A program made the translations under genes and the position numbers. This document shows positions 57,301-64,000 of a stretch of DNA of 64,000 nt, one piece after another. Under the pieces are notes generated by a model, which was not told the origin of the DNA, did no database searches, and saw only the letters and a program-made list of their open reading frames with translations. The stretch is from Anaeramoeba ignava BMAN (lineage: Eukaryota; Protista; Anaeramoebae): the NCBI GenBank assembly GCA_028826165.1, contig JAPDFW010000136.1:874767-938766 (forward strand), read 5' to 3'. Position 1 is the first letter of the stretch. Every line of letters begins with the position of its first letter.

Positions 57301-60300
57301 AATTTTAATTTTAATTTTGTAAATGAATTTTAATATTAATTTAAATTTTAATTTTAATTTTAATTTTTAATTATAATTTAATTTTAATTTTAATTTTAAT
57401 TTTAATTTTAAATTTTTAATTTTAATTTTAATTTTAATATTAATTTTAATTTTAATTTTAATTTTAATTTTAATTTTAATTTTAATTTTAATTTTAATTT
57501 GAATTTTAATTTTAATTTACCTGGTTTTCCAATTATGAATAAAGGAATTTTGGTTTGAATACAAATAAATTCAACTAATAAATTTTCTGTTAATGCTTCA
57601 TTTGCTGCAATTCCTTGTGATTTTAAATATGATTTATCATCAATATTCCTAAAGAATTGTGTTCTGAGTTGATTTATAGCTTCTAAAAATTCATTTGTTG
57701 TTGTTGGAAATGCTGGTTGAAGATTTTGAAAAAAAGGAGTAATTTTAATATCTTGCAAAATATATGAATAATAATCTGATCTTAAATTATCTGAAAATCT
57801 ACATCCATAACTTATAAAAATTGATAAAATAATTCCAATTATCATTTTCCTTTTCTTTTGTGTAAGTGCGAATGGCTTAATTTTCTCAAGTTTTTTAGGA
57901 TCAATAAAAAGGTTAAATGTTAAATCATCATTCAAAAGATATTCCCAAATTTTAATTGTTCTTATTGCATCTCTAATTGAAATTGAACTTTTTGTATCAA
58001 ATGATTTGAATTTTGCAAATTGATGTGATTTTAAAAGTAAATGCCTAAAAAGTTCAATTGATTCATTAATTGCATCTTGAGTAAATCCCCAATTATTCCT
58101 AAATTTTTGTTTAATCATTTCATGTAAATAAAGTTTTTCACTTTCATCATCAAGTGATCCAAAATCAAAAATATGATCAAAAAATGAATCAGGAATTTCT
58201 CTAACTCGATAAACAGCTTTTTGTAATTTTTTAATTTTTTTCGATCTTAATTCAAATTGATTTTCATTTTCATTTTCATTTTCATTTTCATTTTCATTTT
58301 GGTTATTATTGTTATTTTCATTTTGGTTATTATTATTATTTTCATTTTGATTTTGATCTGTTTTTGGTTTGGCTTTTCTATAAGGATTTGCAATTGCAAT
58401 AAATTGAAATTCTTTTGGAACTGTTTTTCCTTTATAAATTCTATCAATAATTAAATTCTTCATTAATGAAATACATTCTTTGGAAGCTGTATTAAATTGA
58501 TCAAAAAAAATATTTGTGGAATATTATTTCATTTCTGTTTGCTAACTTTTCTTCAATTATTTCACTTATCATTTCTTCTGTTGTTCCTCCATGAATATCT
58601 AAAACGTTTAAAGGTTTTCCAAGTAAATCTTGAAATAGAAATTTGATTAATCTTGTTTTTCCACATCCTGTTTCTCCTAATATAATAACTGGTAATCCTG
58701 AAGATAATCTTTGTTGAATTAAAACACATTTGATAAAATTATCATTTGTTAATCTATAATTTAAATTATTGATAATATCTGGTAAAATAAGTAATCTATT
58801 TTGTGTATCTCCAATTTTTAAAAGGAAATTTAAATTTTCTTGAATTTCATATTGATTTTCTGTTGAAATAGGTCCAAATGTAACATTTCTTAATTTTAAT
58901 ATATTTTGTATTTCTTCAGAAAAAAATGGGTTTGTGATTTGATTTTGAGAAAGAACTTTAAAATAATCAATTGTTTGTTCTCTTTGATTTCTTGAAAAAG
59001 CTACAATTTGTGAATCTTTCATTTTTTCATCCCATGATAAAGATCTTGTAAATTTATTACATTGAGATTCTTTTTTAATACTTTCAGTTGAAGAAAATGA
59101 TCTTTTAATAATTGTAGATATTGTTTCAATTATTAAATTTGAAATTGAATTTCTGAATTCTTGAGCCATTTCTCTTCTATTTTCAAATAATCTTGTTGTT
59201 TCTGGATAAAAATCATTCCAATCTTTAATTGATTTAATATAAAATCCAAATAAATTCCAAAAATTGTTTAATAACATAAAAGTTGCTTCATTTTCATTAA
59301 TTCTATTAATTTTAAGAGTTTTATCAAATAATTTTTTTATATTATAATATGAATTTAGTAAAAATTCATCTCTTTTTGCAAAATTTAGATTATTAAAATT
59401 TTCTTTTTTTTGTTTTAAAAAATTTGAACAAATCATCATATTTTCATTAATATTTTGAATAATAATTTGGTTTTCATCAATTTCATATTTATATTTGCAA
59501 ATAGTTTCTGAATCTGTTTTGCATTCTTTTTGTTCAATAAATTTAAGAGATGGGAAATATTTTAATCCAAATTCAGAATCTTTAACTCGTGAACTTGGAA
59601 TTTCAAAATAAAACAAGTGTTTTTCTGGTTTAAAAATGAAAGTAGAATCAGGATTTGAACATCTTTTATCTTCAATATTTCCAAATATTAATAATAACCA
59701 AATTAACTCAGCTGTTTCATTTCCAACAGAATAAGCTAAATCAAAATGGAAACATTTTCTTGAATTTGGTGATTTTTGTTCTTCTTCTATTAATTTTTGT
59801 ATTAATGATTTTGGATCATCTTTGAGAATATCAATATGGCAATATTTATATGGATTTTTTTTATTTTTTGTTTTGGAATTGATTTCAAATAATTCTTTTC
59901 TAATTTGGAATGTTTTACCAGAACCTGTTAATTTTGAAATGAATACTTTCATTTTGTCGGATCTTTCTGGAAATTTCTCTTCCCATTCTTTTTGAATAAA
60001 TTTTATTTGTTTTGATATTTTTGTTTCTTGATCATCTTTATTCTTCTTTTTTGCTTTTTCCAATTTAAATTCATTTTGAATTTGATCTTGTTTTAAACTT
60101 GTGAAGAAAGAACTCAAATAATTTCTTGTTTCATTTGAATTTTCTAATGAAAATAACATTATTGATTTTTGTTTTGTTTGTGAATTATGTTTTCTTGTTG
60201 TTTTAAGTTTTGAAATCAAATTTTTTTGTAATTTTTTAGAAAGTTTATGAGGGAAAATAATTGAAAATAATTGATCATCAATTAATGTTTGTGATTTTTT

Positions 60301-63300
60301 AAATAAAATAATAAATCTGGAAATATCATCTTCAGTTGTGTTTTTGTTACAAAAAAGAATTTGTTCTTTTGTTGGGAATTTTTTTGTGTATTTAAGATAT
60401 AATGTTGTGAGAAATTCATAAATTTCCATTTCTTTTTGGATTCGAATAACAAATATTGGTTCTTGATTTTGTGGTGGCCAATTTGTGGAAAATAATTTTT
60501 GAAGTTCATTTTGTGATTTTGATTCTTTTTTTTTTGTTTGAATATCTGCTAATTTTCTTTTGAAAGAACGGAAATCTTTTGATTCATCATTTCTATCTTT
60601 TTTCCATTTAAAATTTTCATCTATTTCCAATAAATCAAGAGATTGTCTTATTTTTTCAATTTCTTTTGATTTTTTTGATTTAAGTGCATTATAAATTTCT
60701 TTAATTTGATCAAATTGATTTTCAAGTTTTTGATGTAATTCTTGAATAAATAATTTAAAATCTTCTTCTTCTTTTTCATTTCTTTCCCATTTAAATTCTG
60801 AATTAATTTTTGATAAATGAAGAATTGGTTTAATTTTTTTAATTTCATCTCCATTATTTGATTTAAGAGAATTGTAAATAATTTTGATTTGATCATAAGA
60901 ATAAAAGAAACTGTAAAAATATTTTGTAGTCACTTCTTTTTCAATTTCTGTCCATTCCTTTTTCAATTTTCTCATTTCATCAATTATTTTTTGCAAACTG
61001 TTTCTTGATTTAATTTCATATTTAATAGAATAGCCTTTAATGAATTTAGGATGAATTGATTTCTTGAAATAATCGAATAAATTAATCATTTCTTGAATAA
61101 GTGGAATATAACCAGTAAATCTTTGTACTTTTGTATCTTTTTCTGCATTTTCAAGTAATAGCATATTAATATCAACAAAATCTTGAAAAGAAAATTTATT
61201 TTGATCATTTTTCTCTTTTAATTTAAAAATTTCGCATTCAAATTCAATTTCATCTTTAATTTCAAATTTAAATATTTTCTTGGGATTAGATAAAATATTT
61301 TCTAAATTTTTGGATGCTCTTTTTTTAGGTGTTTCAATTTTTGGTCGTTTGATTTCATCATTAATTTCTGGTAAAGAAATGAAAATTTGTTTAATAATTC
61401 TTGATTGTTGAGTTTGATTAAATTCAAGTGATAATTTCTTTTTCCAATTTTTTTCATTTTCTTTGATTAAATTAATTAAATTGCTTAAAGTTGTAATTTT
61501 TGATTTTTCTTCTGATAAAAAAATTTCAAGTCTATTCCGAATATAACCCAGAGGTTCTTCAAAAATAAAAAACTCTTCATCAATCAATTCCATTACATTA
61601 CTCCAATCGTCTGTATTATCTTCCATAAAATTGAATAATTGATTATTAAAAATTGGAACACCATCTCTTACTTCTTTTATAGGGAAAATATCTGAAAGGA
61701 ATGAAAAAAATTCTGGATTTAAACCTTGAATGAATTTTTGATAAAGGTTATAAAGTGGTTCAACATCCTTTAAAGTTTTAGTTTCTATTGATTTTCCAAA
61801 AATTGATTTAAATTCTTCAAATTCTTTATCTTTTAATTCAAATTTTTCACAAAAGTGAATAAAAACTGGATAATTTTTATCGAATTCATAAAGTATTTTA
61901 TATTGTTTGAGAATTTCTGATTTGAAATTTCCATTAGTTGCTAAGTTTAATAATCTAACTTCTTCATCAATATCTTCATCACTCATTCTTAAATCAATAT
62001 AGTTTTCAAGTTCTCTGAATGTAAACAATTTTTGAACAAATTTGTTTTTAATTTTATTTAATTTTTCATCTGAATTTTCGATTGTTTCAATAATATTTAT
62101 TGCTTCTTGTTGATTATATAGTTTTTTCCAAATTAAACTAACCCATTTGCTGTGAAAAATTTGATTATAAATTAACATTCTTTCAATTATTTCTTTTGAA
62201 ATTCCAAAAAAATTAATTGCATCTTTGAGTTTTACTTGAGGTGCATTTATGATTTTTGTTTTTAAATCAGGTTTTGTTGGTTTATTATCGATATAACCAT
62301 TGATAAAATTTTTAATGATTTCTTTTTGCTTTTCAAATAGTTCTACAATTTGGTTTGGAGTTTTCAAGTCAAATTCAGGAAATAATTTTAAAAGAAGATT
62401 TATAAAAAATTCATTAGGAATTGAATTAAATTCTTGAATTGTTATTTCTTGTTTATCAATATAATTTTTGATTTCTGTGGTATCTTGATAATCTTGATTT
62501 AATTGAGAAAATGGTTGTTGAGAATAAGGTGGATTAAATTTTTGATTAAGTTTCATTAAATATATCCATAATTCTAATGAATTTTTTTGAGGTATTTGAT
62601 TAAATTTTTCAATTAATTTAATAAGTTTGTTAGTATTGCTTGATATAAATTTGATTGATGGATTTTGTTCTATTAACAATTTCCAAAATTGTATTTCAAT
62701 TTCTTTTGGTAATTTATTTAAATATTCTTCTGGAAATGTTCTATTATTAAGGATTTCTGTATATTCTTCAATTAAAAATTTTTCAATTATTCTGTAAAAA
62801 TTATTTGGAATTTGATTGTTTGGGAATATTTTATTATCAATAACTTCTTTAATTGGTTCTTTGATATTTGATTTGGAATAATTAAAATGATATGAAGGAA
62901 AACGAATAATTTTTTGCTCTTTATTTTTATCTAATTTTTCTAATTTTTCAATAAGAGGGTTAAAAGGTTTCCAAACTTTAATAAATTCAATAATTGATTG
63001 GATTTCTTCTAATTTATCTTTGATTTCTTCAAGGATATTTATCAATAAATCAAAGGGAATTGTTTCTATTTTAATCATTTCATCTAAATTTTGGAAAAAT
63101 GAATTATAATTTTGATTTGATTTTTGCACAAATTGTTCCATTAATGAATTGATTGAAGCTTTGATTATATATTGCTCATTTTCATTTTGATTTTGATATT
63201 GGATTTGATTTTGATTTTGATATTGATATTGATATTGATTTTGATATTGATTTTGATTTTGATATTGATTTTGATATTGATTTTGATATTGATTTTGATT

Positions 63301-64000
63301 TTGATTTTGATATTGATATTGATCTTCATATTGATTTTTTTCAAAAAAGAAGTAATTAAAGATTTCTTTGAAAGCATTTTTGATGTTTGGATTGAATTGG
63401 AATTGAGGAATCTCGATTTTATATAAATCTAAAACGGGAATATATTTAACAATTAATATAATCTCAATTTTGTCTTTGTGATTTGGAATTTGAAAGAAAA
63501 TTATTTTGAATAAATTCTTAAATTTATATTTGAAAATTTCATCATAAACATGTTTGAAACTATTGATGAGAAGAGGATTAAATATAATCTGGAATAAGTT
63601 CAAATTGATTTAAAAGGGATTAATTTGAAGACTTTTATGTTTATCTGTTTCATCTTTTAATTTTGGATTTTTCTTGAAATAATCTAAAACAATTTCTTTT
63701 TGAATCTTTAATAATTTAAGATTTTGTTGAAAACCTCTCACCATTTTTCCAATTTTTAAATGTTTTGTATCAAAAGAAAGCAAAATATCAAGAAAAATAA
63801 GTTTTGCTTCTTCAGAAAATTGATTTGAATTTTTCCATATTCAAAAAGCAAGATAAAATGGATTTGATTGAATTTTTCTTTCTATTGAATCACCAAATTG
63901 AAGAATATCTTTATTGGAAGAATCTTCAGTAATAACAAAATAAAAAGGAACTTTGAATATTTTTTTAAATCAAGTTCGAATACCAAATTAATTCATTTTT
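51301..64000 (-). CDS. Giant RNF213/mysterin-like dynein-related AAA+ protein (about 4000 aa or more, 5' partial, one intron 57520-57108, several frameshifts)
   Basis: YRLTNDNFIK, PVIILGETGCGKT, DIHGGTT, FIAIANPYR, VYRVREIP, spliced IPLFIIGKPG-TSKS, QCSPQTT, PLKVLHKELE, ISNWKLDASKTNR, FFGLRDFYYLIK, RNFGG, LYDVLNQ and LNRFEKQ form the ordered signature of the RNF213 AAA+ ring. Confidence 0.85.
57108..57520 (-). repeat. 413-bp intron of (AAAATT)n splitting the second Walker A motif
   Basis: CCAG|GTAAATTAAAATT...AAATTAG|GAACTTCAAAA; removal yields GKPGTSKS. Confidence 0.9.

Noticed and set aside
63600-63625. In-frame TAA upstream of the 1700-aa ORF as evidence for stop-codon reassignment
   Set aside because: Conserved genes (APT1, TRM6, PSME4, array copies) end at TAA at the expected positions, and long ORFs are free of internal stops. 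Local indel error or decay is more likely.

Overview
Extremely AT-rich, gene-dense nuclear DNA from a microbial eukaryote with the standard genetic code and GT-AG spliceosomal introns. The style (repeat-filled introns, Ank-BTB and Rab-BTB families, TCA-T initiator-like motifs) resembles an Anaeramoeba-like metamonad, but that assignment is inference only. The left ~17 kb holds housekeeping genes: a PAS-domain protein, acyl-protein thioesterase, a small tail-anchored protein, an NAD-dependent epimerase/dehydratase, a ChAPs/exomer subunit, TRM6, a VNX1-type cation/H+ exchanger and tRNA-Arg(TCG). A ~2.1 kb satellite with a ~160 bp unit follows, then a degenerate Rab-like GTPase fused to two BTB domains. 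From ~20.8 kb to the end every gene is on the minus strand. These are a head-to-tail array of ten ankyrin-BTB-BTB genes plus one fragment, the proteasome activator PA200/PSME4, and a giant RNF213(mysterin)-like AAA+ protein. The array copies have variable ankyrin modules (3 to ~27 repeats), near-constant BTB tails and, in many copies, N-myristoylation motifs. The RNF213-like protein has both Walker B motifs altered and no visible RING. Eleven introns were reconstructed by hand, and each splice restores the frame, several across a conserved motif. Nine of them consist largely of simple tandem repeats. Many frameshifts sit in homopolymer runs and are probably assembly errors. The best candidate for an undescribed system is the diversifying Ank-/Rab-BTB-BTB adaptor repertoire next to PA200 and the RNF213-like gene.
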